Shown piece by piece: positions 20,406 through 30,697 of a stretch of DNA of 64,000 nucleotides. The stretch comes from an uncultured Trueperaceae bacterium (GTDB lineage: Bacteria > Deinococcota > Deinococci > Deinococcales > Trueperaceae), in NCBI GenBank assembly GCA_963799485.1, contig CAWCXJ010000010.1, positions 1 through 64,000 on the forward strand, given 5' to 3'. The notes beneath the pieces are model-generated. The model saw nothing but the letters and a program-made list of their open reading frames with translations. It had not been told where the DNA came from and did no database searches. Position 1 is the first letter of the stretch. Each line of letters opens with the position of its first letter. A program made the position numbers and the translations under genes.

Positions 20406-21887
20406 CTAATGTGCCGGACTGTGCAGCAACGCCCCTGGTTTGTCATGCTGCGCCAACCGAGTAATCAACGCGGCACTAGCTTCATTCTGACCTCTGAGTT
20501 CAACATGGACGCCGCGCCGCATAAACTTCAGCGCCACCTTGTCGAGCGCGGCAATCGCCGACCCGTCCCAGACGTGCGCCCGGGTCAGGTCGATAACGAC
20601 GCGCCGAATCTCTTCTTGAACGTCGAAAGCGTCGATAAAGCCCTGCGTCGAAACGAAAAACAGCTGACCGCCGACCGTATAGGTGCGGGTCTGACCGTCT
20701 TCGCTTAAAGTGCCGGTGACGCTCGAGAGTTGCGACACTTTACGGGCAAAGAACAGCGTACTTAGAAGCACCCCGACGAGCACCCCTTGCGCCAGGTTGT
20801 GCGTCAAAACGGTCGTCGCCACCGTCGCTACCATCACGACAGCTTCACCTTTGGGAACAACCATGAGGTTACGCAACGACGACCAGTCGAAGGTGCTGAC
20901 CGACACCATAATCATCACCGCAACCAGCGCGCCCATCGGAATCTGCCGCACCCACGGCGACAGCACGAGGATCAAGAATAGCAGCACGACCCCGGCAACG
21001 AGCGTCGACAGCCTGCCGCGCCCCCCCGATTTGACGTTGATGACCGACTGTCCGATCATCGCGCAGCCTGCCATCCCGCCGAAAAAACCGGTGACGATGT
21101 TGGCAATCCCCTGGCCCCGCGCTTCTCTGTTTTTGTTGCTCCCGGTATCGGTCATGTCGTCGACAATTTGTGCGGTCAGGAGAGACTCCAAGAGCCCCAC
21201 GAGCGCTAAAGTCAGCGCGACCGGGAGGATAATTCCGAGTGTCTCCAACGTCAATGGGATTGCCGGTAGACCAAAAAACGGCAATGCACTCGGCAGCTCG
21301 CCCATATCCCCGACCGTGCCCACATTCGCCCCCGTAAAAATACTTACGAGCGTCAACACGACAATAGCGACAAGCGCACTCGGCACCGCTTTGGTCAACC
21401 GCGGCAGACCGTAGATAATCGCGAGTCCGGCGACGACCATCGCGTACATCTGCCAGTTTTCCCCGGCAAACTGCGGCAGCTGCGCCATAAAAATCAGGAT
21501 GGCGAGCGCGTTGACAAAACCGATCATCACGCTGCGCGGGACGAACTTGAGGTAACGCCCGAACTTAAAGACGCCGAACAAAATCTGAACTACGCCGGTC
21601 AGGATCGTTGTGGCGAAAAGGTACTCGAGGCCGTAATCGCGTACCAGCGTAATCATCAGGAGCGCCATCGCCCCGGTCGCCGCGCTGATCATCCCCGGAC
21701 GCCCGCCGACAAAGGCAATCACCACGGCGATAGAAAACGACGCGTAGAGCCCGACTGCCGGATCGACGCCAGCGATAATCGAAAAAGCGATAGCTTCGGG
21801 GATGAGGGCGAGGGAGACGACGAGGCCGGCGAGGATGTCACCGCGAACGTTACCGAACCACTCGCGTTTAAGCGTAGAAGAAAACAT
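20406..21887 (-). CDS. SulP family inorganic anion transporter with STAS domain
   Basis: [42 protein letters not shown]-terminal STAS (GQLFFVS...HVWDGSA). Confidence 0.93.
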   Translation of the reverse strand: MFSSTLKREWFGNVRGDILAGLVVSLALIPEAIAFSIIAGVDPAVGLYASFSIAVVIAFVGGRPGMISAATGAMALLMITLVRDYGLEYLFATTILTGVVQILFGVFKFGRYLKFVPRSVMIGFVNALAILIFMAQLPQFAGENWQMYAMVVAGLAIIYGLPRLTKAVPSALVAIVVLTLVSIFTGANVGTVGDMGELPSALPFFGLPAIPLTLETLGIILPVALTLALVGLLESLLTAQIVDDMTDTGSNKNREARGQGIANIVTGFFGGMAGCAMIGQSVINVKSGGRGRLSTLVAGVVLLFLILVLSPWVRQIPMGALVAVMIMVSVSTFDWSSLRNLMVVPKGEAVVMVATVATTVLTHNLAQGVLVGVLLSTLFFARKVSQLSSVTGTLSEDGQTRTYTVGGQLFFVSTQGFIDAFDVQEEIRRVVIDLTRAHVWDGSAIAALDKVALKFMRRGVHVELRGQNEASAALITRLAQHDKPGALLHSPAH

Positions 21888-22002
21888 AAAACCTCTTTTT
21901 GGGTAGGATCAGGCAGTTGCCTGTTTAGCAGCGTACAAGGGTGAGCATCAAGAAATCGTCAGGGCAGCATACTTATGCGGATTGCCCTCGGTTGAGTTTT
22001 AA

Positions 22003-22087
22003 GTAGGAGCCTTCAGCGTCACAAAAGTTGTTTGGGTAGGTGAGCTTGGGGCGTTTGGATGAGTGCGGGCGGTACGTCCAACCCCGC
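22003..22087 (-). ncRNA. candidate cis-regulatory RNA in the sulP leader (fluoride-riboswitch-like)
   Basis: Begins just after promoter TTGCAC-17-CATAAT (22097-22125). GCGGG/CCCGC hairpin with a GGA-containing loop, then AAACGC...GCTGAAGGCTCCTAC. Confidence 0.4.
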
Positions 22088-22196
22088 GATGTCCCTATTA
22101 TGCCCCAGCGACCCGGAGAGTGCAACAGTCTTTGCACGTTAAACTATGCACCAGTCTTTCTGTAGTCTCGTCTCGGTCAGCACCCGGAGGTCTGCT

Positions 22197-22553
22197 ATGT
22201 TCAGCCGTCTGCTCTTACCGATAGATTTTTCACCCAGTGCGGATTCGGCGCTCATGACTGCGCGGCAGCATTTTCCGGACGCGGCGTTGCTGCTCCTGCA
22301 TATTCTCAGCGCGCAGCGGGTCGCCACGCTCTACGCCGACACCTTTATCTCGCCGGTCGACGCTGCCGGGGCGCGGCGGACGCTCGAGCAAGAATCTTTG
22401 GCGCGTCTGCAAGACCTGGCCCAAAAAAACGAAGAATGTGCCGTTGTGGTTGGGCAACCCGCGCAGGCGATTTTGGGGCAGGCGGCAGCGTGGCACCCCG
22501 ACCTGATTGTGATGGGTACGCATGGGCGCACCGGGCTGGCTCATTATTCCTGA
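22197..22553 (+). pseudogene. universal stress protein, C-terminally truncated
   Basis: RLLLPIDFS...DLIVMGTHGRTGL then a stop; the GSVAE helix is missing; abuts an IS1 remnant. Confidence 0.75.
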
Positions 22554-22564
22554 TACCCTCAGGC

Positions 22565-23009
22565 AAATAAACGCTGGATATGGTTAGCACTTTGCAAACA
22601 GACTCGACAGGTGGTTGCAGGTGTTGGCGGCGGCAGAGGTATCACGACTTGTCGTTATCTCTGCCGCGCTATTCCCGTCATCTTCAAAGGTATCTGCTTC
22701 ACCGACTTCTGGGAGGCTTACCAAGCCGTCATTCCTGATGAGCGAACAGGCCCGGGAGGTGCCGTTTTGTTCAAGACGCAGCACGAAGCTGTCGGTAAAG
22801 ATTCAGGTCTCACAGCTCACACCAAGCGATTTAACAACTTCAGCGCAGCACCGAGGCTTGACCGTCCCATCCGTCAACGCCTAGCCCGGTTGGTTCGTAA
22901 AACGCTCTCTTTCTCCAGGTCTGACGCGATGCATCTCATCTGTCTGTACCTCTTTTTACACCGTTACAATCTTGAGCGTAGGGCTGTCATTCGGAAGTGA
23001 GCCATTACC
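22565..23009 (+). mobile_element. IS1-family remnant (InsB-like 3' half plus right end)
   Basis: NKRWIWLALCKQTRQVVA, FTDFWEAYQAVIP, RQRLARLVRKTLSFS; ends in ...gccattacc (reverse complement GGTAATG, an IS1-type end). Confidence 0.8.
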
Positions 23010-23135
23010 AACTTTCCGACTCCCGGTTGCCGAGATCAGCAGTGACCAGGCTTGAGCCGAAGCCCTGACCGACTTACAGCTTTCTTACTGCCCGCTTCCA
23101 GTACGGAGACGGACTAGGACCCTAGCCGTACCCAT

Positions 23136-23888
23136 TTATTGCGCCGTATACGCGCCGTCGACCGTGTAGTAGCCGCCGGTGATAAACGAGGCGTCGTCCG
23201 AACACAAAAACGCCACGAGCCGGGCGACTTCGGCAGGCTCACCCAAACGCCCGATGGGATGCAGCCCGGTAAGCGCGTCTAGCGTTTCCTTGTCGAGCGC
23301 CTCCAAGAGCGGCGTTTTGATGTAACCGGGGCCGACCGAGTTGATCCGGATACCCTGCGCGGAATACTCGAGCGCCGCCGCCTTCGTCAACCCGACGACC
23401 CCGTGTTTCGCCGCGACATACGCTCCCGAGTTGGCGGTTCCGACCGAACCCAAGATCGACGCCATATTGACGATAACCCCGCCACCCCCCCGCACCATCG
23501 CCGGAATCTGGTAGCGCAGCCCGTAAAACACCCCGTTCAAGTTGATGTCGATAACCTTGCGCCAACCCTCAGGGCTGTACTCACCGACGGGACCAAGCTC
23601 ACCGCCGATACCGGCGTTGTTGACGGCGATGTCGAGTTTGCCGAAAGTCCCTACGGCGTGAGCGACCATGGCCTCAACCGCTTCGGCGTCGGACACGTCG
23701 GTAGCAACGAAACTCGCCTGAGCGCCGCTGTCTTCGATAGCCTTGACAACGCGCCGCCCACCCTGTTCGTCTACGTCACTGACGATTACGGCTGCGCCGC
23801 CCTCGGCAAAGGTGTGCGCGCACGCTTCGCCGATACCCGAACCGGCTCCGGTTACAAGCGCAACCTTGTCTGAAAAATCGTAGTTCAT
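23136..23888 (-). CDS. classical short-chain dehydrogenase/reductase
   Basis: TGAGSGIG, NNAGIG, NMASILG, YVAAKHG. Confidence 0.93.
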   Translation of the reverse strand: MNYDFSDKVALVTGAGSGIGEACAHTFAEGGAAVIVSDVDEQGGRRVVKAIEDSGAQASFVATDVSDAEAVEAMVAHAVGTFGKLDIAVNNAGIGGELGPVGEYSPEGWRKVIDINLNGVFYGLRYQIPAMVRGGGGVIVNMASILGSVGTANSGAYVAAKHGVVGLTKAAALEYSAQGIRINSVGPGYIKTPLLEALDKETLDALTGLHPIGRLGEPAEVARLVAFLCSDDASFITGGYYTVDGAYTAQ

Positions 23889-23890
23889 CC

Positions 23891-24538
23891 TTACCGCCAA
23901 TCGTTGAGGTCGTCTTCAGGCAAGTGGGCCAGGCTTTTGGCTTGACCGGCTGCCTGAGGCGTCTTCGGGGTGCGCGCCACCCGGCTTAAAAATTCGCCGA
24001 CGAACACCTCGGCTGCGTCCCAATCGGTATACACCACATCTTGGGGCCCAACTGTACCCCCGCCTAGCTGATACGCCAACAAGTCTAAAACGAGCGCTTT
24101 GTAAGCGTCGTACTCGGTGTGACGTAAGGCTCCGGCGAGGCTGAGACTCAGCCGGGGCTGCCAGCCGGTACGTTCTAAAAACGCCGCCAGATAGCCCCGC
24201 GCCTCGGCCTGACGTTCGGGAGTTTGCACGGCGGCAGCGAGGCTGACCGAGAAAAAGGCGCTGGGAATACGTTGCAAAAGCGGCAGATTGGCCTTTACGA
24301 AATCTTGAACTGTAGTTTGGTGGTACCCCTGATGTACCGACGCGCCGACGACAACCGCGTCCCACACGTCACCGATGCCAAGGGCAGCGCTGTCGGCGAT
24401 TTCGGCTTCGAAGCCTTCTTTACGGGCAACGTCCGCCATATACGCCGCAACGTCTCTTGTATGGCCCTCGGTGGTACCGTAAACAATAAGCAGTCGGCCC
24501 ATATCTCGGTTTCTCCAAACTTGGCTTGTCTTTGACAT
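23891..24538 (-). CDS. flavodoxin-domain protein (HemG-like)
   Basis: LIVYGTTEGHTRDVA, VVVGASVHQG, SAFFSVSL, AGAL, YTDW; RBS ggaggagg before 24538 (start could be slightly later). Confidence 0.82.
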   Translation of the reverse strand: MSKTSQVWRNRDMGRLLIVYGTTEGHTRDVAAYMADVARKEGFEAEIADSAALGIGDVWDAVVVGASVHQGYHQTTVQDFVKANLPLLQRIPSAFFSVSLAAAVQTPERQAEARGYLAAFLERTGWQPRLSLSLAGALRHTEYDAYKALVLDLLAYQLGGGTVGPQDVVYTDWDAAEVFVGEFLSRVARTPKTPQAAGQAKSLAHLPEDDLNDWR

Positions 24539-24864
24539 CTGCGCCTCCTCCGGGCAGCCTTGCTGACTTTTACGGTAAACACGCCAAACGTGAGTGTTAG
24601 CTGGTGTAGCAAACCGCTGCCACCTGTTTACGTTCACTTTAAGAGACCTTTGGGGTCGAAACACCGAGGGTTTACCGACGGCGTGCGTAGGAGTTTTCCC
24701 GACCTGCAGCGTTTCACGCCTGGGGATGCAGGCGTCACCTTCAGGTTGTGTCGAGCTTTGCCCGGTAACAGGCGCGCCCGACTTTACGGTAAAGGGGCTA
24801 AGTATCCATACGCCGACTTCTTACTTTTTGCGTCCAGCACTACAGAAACCACGAAAAAAGGTTT

Positions 24865-25503
24865 TTACTCGAGCAACCCTTGTTGCAACGCGTAGCGCAC
24901 GAGTTCGGCGCGCGTTTTGAGGCCCAGCTTTTCGGCGGCGCGCTCGCGGTAGGTCGAGACCGTTTTGTCGCTGATACCCAGCTGTCCGGCGATCTCTTTG
25001 TAGGTGCAGCCGCTCGCGATCTTTGTCAGCACTTCGCGTTCGCGCTCGGTCAACTTGACGTGGCGGTAGGGGTCGGGGCCGGAAAGCTCGCGGGCGAGTT
25101 CGGCCAAAAGTTTGGCGGGCGCGTAGTATTCGCCGCGTGACACCGCTCCGATGGCGTCTAAAAGACCGGTCTCGAGCGAACTCTTGGGAACGTACCCGCT
25201 GCCCCCCGCCACCAAAAAGCCGCGTACATATTCCGGGTCTTCGTGCATCGACAGGGCGATAAGCCGCGTGCCGGGGAGTGTTCGTTTAAGCGCCTCGGCG
25301 GTTTCGATGCCGTTCATCCCCGGCAACGTCAGGTCGAGCAGCACGATGTCGGGCGCGAGTGCCGGAGCTTTGGCAAGGGCCGCTTCGCCGCTGTCGGCTT
25401 CACCGACGACCTCGAGGTTGTCGTGCACCTCCAGCAGCAACCGGATTCCGGCGCGCACTACGGCGTGGTCATCGACGAGAAAGAGCTTAGTACGGTTTGT
25501 CAT
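24865..25503 (-). CDS. NarL/LuxR-family response regulator
   Basis: LVDDHAVVRAG, LLDLTLPGMNG, LTEREREVL...ISDKTVSTY. Confidence 0.95.
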   Translation of the reverse strand: MTNRTKLFLVDDHAVVRAGIRLLLEVHDNLEVVGEADSGEAALAKAPALAPDIVLLDLTLPGMNGIETAEALKRTLPGTRLIALSMHEDPEYVRGFLVAGGSGYVPKSSLETGLLDAIGAVSRGEYYAPAKLLAELARELSGPDPYRHVKLTEREREVLTKIASGCTYKEIAGQLGISDKTVSTYRERAAEKLGLKTRAELVRYALQQGLLE

Positions 25504-25546
25504 CAGGTCTCTACCCCCGAATATACGCTTTTCGGCTGAGTTTGCG

Positions 25547-26032
25547 TTACGCAAGTTCAGCCTCTCCCTCGGTAGTTTCACTGCTCTCACATCGAATCAG
25601 CAGGTAAGGTTTGGTCGCTCCGTGGAGCGCTTCTTCTGCGACCGAACCGAGCATCAAACGGTTAAACCCGCGCCGCCCGTGCGTCCCCATGACCACTAAA
25701 TCGACCCCCTCTGCCGCTTGGTGAATCGCCGGGGCCGGGTGCTGGTGTTCGGCTAGAACCGTGGTGCAAGGTACGCCGATCTCAGCCGCCAGCACCTCGG
25801 CCTGACGCAGCACCGCCCGCGCGGCGTCTTGCAGGTCTTGATAGAGCTGTGGCCGGTACGACATATCGTAGCTGTACGGGGCGGGATAAAGAGGCAAAAG
25901 CGGGTCTTCCAAAACGTACAAAAAGACGACCTCTGCGCCCAGGGTTTTGACCAGCTCGAGCCCTTGACGAATCGCCTTTTCACTACACGAACTGCCGTCG
26001 GTCGGCATCAGCACGCGTTTAACGGGGAGCAT
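25547..26032 (-). CDS. universal stress protein
   Basis: VLMPTDGS...DLVVMGTHGRRGFNRLMLGSVAE. Confidence 0.93.
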   Translation of the reverse strand: MLPVKRVLMPTDGSSCSEKAIRQGLELVKTLGAEVVFLYVLEDPLLPLYPAPYSYDMSYRPQLYQDLQDAARAVLRQAEVLAAEIGVPCTTVLAEHQHPAPAIHQAAEGVDLVVMGTHGRRGFNRLMLGSVAEEALHGATKPYLLIRCESSETTEGEAELA

Positions 26033-26086
26033 CGGTTTCTCCTTTGTACGTCAAGGTAGCTGTACGTCAAGGTAGCCGGGTTTCGG

Positions 26087-26536
26087 TTACCCACCGTGAG
26101 CGCCACTTACGACGAGGTGCGGTTTGGGTGAGCGCCGCAACACCGCTTCGGTCACGGAACCGAGCAAAAAATGCTCGAGCCCGCGCCGTCCGTGTGTGGC
26201 GAGTACCGTCAGGTCGTGGTCTTTTTCTGCCGCTAAAATAGCCTCGACCGGGTGGACAGCCAGATCGTCGATCAGGACGGTTTTGGTCTGTACCCCGCGC
26301 GCCTGAACCGTCGCTGCGGCCCGCGCGAGCATCGCCCGCGCTTCGTCTCCGGCTTTTTCAATCCGGCGCGGGTCGAACACGCCACTTTCACGCCTTGTGT
26401 AGACGCTCTGTTCGGGATGCAGCACGTGGAGGAGCGTTACCTCGGCCCCCAGCTTGCGGGCCAGCTGCGAGCCCTCTCTGAGCGCGTGTTCACCGTACAC
26501 GCTGCCGTCCAAAGGAATTAAAATCCGGGTATACAT
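26087..26536 (-). CDS. universal stress protein
   Basis: YTRILIPLDGS...ATHGRRGLEHFLLGSVTE; RBS ggagg. Confidence 0.92.
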   Translation of the reverse strand: MYTRILIPLDGSVYGEHALREGSQLARKLGAEVTLLHVLHPEQSVYTRRESGVFDPRRIEKAGDEARAMLARAAATVQARGVQTKTVLIDDLAVHPVEAILAAEKDHDLTVLATHGRRGLEHFLLGSVTEAVLRRSPKPHLVVSGAHGG

Positions 26537-26739
26537 AAAACCTCCGCAGCTCGAGCCTCCGCACCTTGAGCCTACGCGCTGCACCCCACCGTTGCCACGG
26601 ACAACCGCCTACACCGCTGTAGGATTTTTTTGTAGGATTTTTCCGGCCAGCGGCGAGCCGTGTTCCCGGTTGGTCGCAGGGACTAAACCGCAGAACCGCT
26701 CGAGTCAGTTTCCAAAGCCGCAATCGGGGCACAGACGGT

Positions 26740-28515
26740 TTAACGCTCGGCTTTCGGGGCGGTTTTTTGCAAGGGCAACCTGACGCTGATAACCGTGCCC
26801 CGGCCCGGCGTACTCTCGAGCCGCAATACTCCGCCCAACAGCTCGACGCGCTCGCGCATCCCGGCCAGTCCGACACCAGCCTCGGCAGAGAATTCGGAGA
26901 CATCAAAACCCTTCCCGTTGTCTTCGACAATCAGCTGCACGTAGTCGCCTTTGGCACTCAGCACTACCGAAGCGTGGGTCGCCCCCGCGTGCCTGACGAC
27001 GTTGGTGAGCGCCTCCTGAACAACCCGGTAGACTGCGACCTCTTCACGGCGGGGCAACCGCTCGGGCAGGCGCGTCAGCACATCGATGGTTGTCGCCGAA
27101 CGCGCGCTCAAAAGCCGCGCGAAACGCGTGAGCGCCGCCTCGAGCCCGAGTTCGTCCAGCAAGGCGGGTCGCAGGTCGCGCGAGATACGCCGCACATCGT
27201 CCAAGGTTTGGGTGACGAGTCCTTTGAGTTCTTGTACCCGTTCCCTGGTTGGGTTTTCAAACAGCGCGTTAAGTCCCAGGTTCACCGCCGTCAGCGCCTG
27301 CCCCACCCCGTCGTGGAGGTCGCGCGAGATGCGGACTCGCTCCTCGTCCTGAGCCGTGAGCAGGGCTTCGACAGCGCGCTGCCGCGAGGTCACGTCGAGC
27401 GCCAAGGCTGCGCTCCCGGTTGTACGGCCCGTTTCGTCGTTCAGGCGCGTGGTGTACCACTCGCACAAGATTGTGCGTCCGTCTTTGGTGCGGTTCCGGC
27501 TCGTGCGGCGGCCTCCCTCCCCGTGCCCGGCAAACATCATATGCAGCTGCGGGTCGTTGTCGACCAACAAGTCGGCGCGCCGCACCCCGACAACCTCGTC
27601 GGCGCGGTAGCCGAACATACGTTCGGCAGCCGGGTTCCAGGCGGTAATCAGCCTGTCCGACAAGCGCCACTCGAGCACCGCCAGCGGCGTCTGTTTGACG
27701 TGCAGTGCCAGCCGCTGTTCGGTGCCCCTGAGCGTCTGCTCTGCCCTGACGCGTTCAGAAATATCGGCAATAATTGCGACAAAGACTTCGGGATTGCCCC
27801 GGTAAAGCTGCAGCTGCACCTCGACCGGATAAAACGAACCGTCTTTGCGGCGGTGCCGGGCCGTAAAGGTAAGTTCGGCGCGGCTGCCGCTGCGGAGCGG
27901 CCCCAGCAGCGCGGCGAAGCTCGCGGCGTCGAAGTCGGGGTTGAGGTCGAGCGGGGTCAAGCTTTGCAGCTCCGCCATAGTGTAGCCGAGGTTCTCACGT
28001 GCGCCCCGGTTCACCAGCGAAAACTGCAAGGTATGCGCGCCAAACAAATAGATTTCGTTGAGCGACGTTTCCAGAATCCGCCCGAGCTGAACGAGTTGGG
28101 CTTCGCTCAGGTGACGTTCACTCACGTCACGGATGGCGGCGACCACCCCGCCCCCTTGCGGCAGTTGTAACGGGGTGAGGCTGATTTCGACCGGAAATTC
28201 GTGCCCGTCACGGTGCCGCGCGAAAAGCTCCAAGCCCGTACCCATCGGCCTCGCGTGTGGCGCGGCGAAAAAACGCGTTTGATGCGCCCGGTGGCGCGCC
28301 CGCAACCGCTCGGGTAAGAGCTGCTCCATATTTTGTCCGATGAGTTCGGCCCTATGATACCCGAAAAGGCTTTCCAACCGTCCGTTGACCAGCTTGATTT
28401 CACCCTGGGGGCCGACGATCATAAGCGCGTCCATCGGCGACTCTAAAAGCTGCTCGAAACTCTCCGGGGTCGCTGCACCGGCAGCGAAAAGGTTTGCCAG
28501 CTTTGAGATGTCCAT
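26740..28515 (-). CDS. cytoplasmic triple-PAS sensor histidine kinase (HisKA_3)
   Basis: Three PAS/PAC repeats; EERVRISRDLHDGVGQ; YRVVQEALTNVVRHA; DNGKGF; GLAGMRER. Confidence 0.93.
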   Translation of the reverse strand: MDISKLANLFAAGAATPESFEQLLESPMDALMIVGPQGEIKLVNGRLESLFGYHRAELIGQNMEQLLPERLRARHRAHQTRFFAAPHARPMGTGLELFARHRDGHEFPVEISLTPLQLPQGGGVVAAIRDVSERHLSEAQLVQLGRILETSLNEIYLFGAHTLQFSLVNRGARENLGYTMAELQSLTPLDLNPDFDAASFAALLGPLRSGSRAELTFTARHRRKDGSFYPVEVQLQLYRGNPEVFVAIIADISERVRAEQTLRGTEQRLALHVKQTPLAVLEWRLSDRLITAWNPAAERMFGYRADEVVGVRRADLLVDNDPQLHMMFAGHGEGGRRTSRNRTKDGRTILCEWYTTRLNDETGRTTGSAALALDVTSRQRAVEALLTAQDEERVRISRDLHDGVGQALTAVNLGLNALFENPTRERVQELKGLVTQTLDDVRRISRDLRPALLDELGLEAALTRFARLLSARSATTIDVLTRLPERLPRREEVAVYRVVQEALTNVVRHAGATHASVVLSAKGDYVQLIVEDNGKGFDVSEFSAEAGVGLAGMRERVELLGGVLRLESTPGRGTVISVRLPLQKTAPKAER

Positions 28516-28760
28516 CTGAACTCCCGGCAAGACTACAGGAAAACCTTCAAAAAGCTTTTACGCCCCCAAATTGCCCGCAGCGTAAAGGTAGCACCAGCGT
28601 AAAGGAATAAAACCTCTGCCGTAAAGCGTTGGGAGTTTATCTCAATCCGGCACGGAGTCGGAACAGGCAGGGAGGATACAGGCGGGAGGACTTGAACATG
28701 GTTATTCTGCCTTCTCCCGCCTGTACTGTGTTACCTCACAACTGGGTTACACCACAAACT

Positions 28761-29102
28761 TTACGCTTTGCTTTCTGTCTCCGGCGTCGGTTCGGCCTGG
28801 TCGTCGGGCTCTTCGCGGATGACCTCGAGCCGCGCCTTGCTTAAAAGCGCCGCCGCCGCGCCGAGCGCCGCCAACAGGGGCGCGCCCAGCGTTAAAATCC
28901 CTCCGGCAACCACCCCAACCGTCAGCGGGACGCTCATCAGTTCCTTGCCCTCTTGCGACTTGATGACCACCCGTTTGGTGCTGCTCTCTTGCAACAGCTC
29001 CTCGACCCGCTCGACGAGTCGGTTCCCGGTGACTTCGATTTCCTCGACCCACCGGCGCTTTTTGGGTTCGGCCTGGGTTTGCTGCTCTTGCTCGTCGTTC
29101 AT
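28761..29102 (-). CDS. DUF4342-like protein
   Basis: EEIEVTGNRLVERVEELLQE...VPLTVGVVAG...LAALGAAAALL; RBS aaggag. Confidence 0.78.
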   Translation of the reverse strand: MNDEQEQQTQAEPKKRRWVEEIEVTGNRLVERVEELLQESSTKRVVIKSQEGKELMSVPLTVGVVAGGILTLGAPLLAALGAAAALLSKARLEVIREEPDDQAEPTPETESKA

Positions 29103-29289
29103 CTTCGCGCTCCTTTCAGGTTTTCGGATATTTCAACGCCAGTCTAGCGCATGACGCCCCGTTCGTGGTCGGTAACCCACGCCGTGGCGTAACCCGAAAC
29201 CGAACGGGTAGCGCAGACCGTTAAAGGTAGAAAGGCCACAGAGATTGCCACGGTCGTCGGTAACAAGCAGGTGCTTGACACCGTTAAGG

Positions 29290-29516
29290 CACAGCGAGCA
29301 ATAATCCGAAAACTCGCTCGAGTGCACGTGTGCAAGCTTGCCGGGCGAGAGCCGACTGTCGTGCGTCACGTCGGTATCTGGATCGGCGTGACCATGCTCG
29401 AGGTCAATGTCCAAACCCATGCGAAGCTGCCCAACGTCGTAGCACTCCCGGGTCACGCCCGGCGAGGCTCCGATTTGCGCTGCGTCTTCAGTGGTGAAAT
29501 ACGGTCGGCACATCAT
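29290..29516 (-). pseudogene. degenerate DUF5661-like gene
   Basis: FTTEDAAQIG...QLRMGLDIDLEHG...TDVTHD...GKLAHVH..EFSDY resembles the family as recalled, with many substitutions and a drifted C-terminus. Confidence 0.5.
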
Positions 29517-29979
29517 GGTTTTCGCCGCTCAAACACGAAAAACAGTCGTACTGTGTTTCCTTGCTTCGCGGTCAACATCTCGGCAATTCCCTCGGCCCAC
29601 ACCTCAGTTGCCCTTAGTTGCGCACATCAGGCGTCGCGCCCAAGGTTCTTTTCAGTGTAGCCGCCCCGCGCTGCAACCTGTAGCCGAAAAGTTGCCTACG
29701 TCCATGTCGGCGTTTCTCCGACGTGTTCCGGTGCCTCGGTACCAAAAGCGTTCTAGGCGACGCACTGTGAAAAAACCGGGTTTTGCGGGAAGCGGCTAAA
29801 GTGCCGAAAAACCTTGTCGGGATTTTTCCGAGACTTTCCGACTGCGAGGTCGGCGGTAAACCGCTTTGAGAAGGCCTCGCCACAAGCAAAACTGTACACA
29901 AGCGAAACTGTAATTTGAGGCCCGGTTCGGTTATACTTAAAGGTCTACAAGTACCTAGTCGTGTAGAAAGGGGGGCAAG

Positions 29980-30309
29980 ATGGATGAGCTTAGGGGGAGT
30001 GTCGGGGTCTCAGCCGTAAACCACGTTTTGCAAGCTGGTCACGGCGTCGAGGTTATTGGGCCGTGCGTCGCCCGGTTTTTAGTCCGCGTCGCATTAGGTA
30101 GCGCAGACGCGGCTTACGAGTCCGTTTTCGTCGAGGTGTTCGACCGAGGCGACGCCGTCGCCACAGGGCAGCGTTACGTCGGCTGGGTTTTCTCGTGTCA
30201 CGGGTTTCCGCTACTTGCCGGGGTTCCGGTAGCCGAAATCAGTGAAGTTCACGGCAGTCTGAACTGGCGCGAACTCAGAGCCAAACTCAGTGTCGGGATG
30301 TACCGGTAG
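29980..30309 (+). CDS. hypothetical protein
   Basis: 109-aa ORF; upstream TATACT (29932-29937) and a G-rich RBS. Confidence 0.55.
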   Translation: MDELRGSVGVSAVNHVLQAGHGVEVIGPCVARFLVRVALGSADAAYESVFVEVFDRGDAVATGQRYVGWVFSCHGFPLLAGVPVAEISEVHGSLNWRELRAKLSVGMYR

Positions 30310-30377
30310 CAGCTCAAACAAGCTTGACAGGTGGTCTCACGCGCTAGCCGGGCAAGCCGGAGGGAAAACAGAATGCA

Positions 30378-30416
30378 GGAGGGAGAACAGAGACACGTGC
30401 CTCTGTTCTCCCTTCC
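30378..30416. terminator. hairpin between convergent units
   Basis: gggagaacagag-acacgtgc-ctctgttctccc. Confidence 0.55.
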
Positions 30417-30697
30417 GGTCTTGTTGCGCTAGGTAGCCGATTTAAGCACCCTCATTTTGCGGCGGCTCGCGGCGGGTACACGCACAGCTCGCGCAGCGTC
30501 CCGCCGACGCCTGCCGTGGCAGCTGCGACAAACGCCTGGGCAACCGCGTAGGGGTGGATAAGCTGCGCCGACGCTGCACCCCGGAACCTTCGTCGGCAAA
30601 ACCACGCTGCCCGACCAGCGGGCTTTGAGCCCGGCACGCGCCCAGACGGGCGACGTTTAAGGCTTGCGGGTGGAACACGGCTGCCTTGCGGCGCGGC

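Noticed and set aside
26767..28170. 467-aa plus-strand ORF
   Set aside because: Antisense shadow of the PAS kinase.
30442..30690. Possible SDR C-terminal remnant (LIHPYAVAQA...ELCVYP)
   Set aside because: Too short and degenerate to support.
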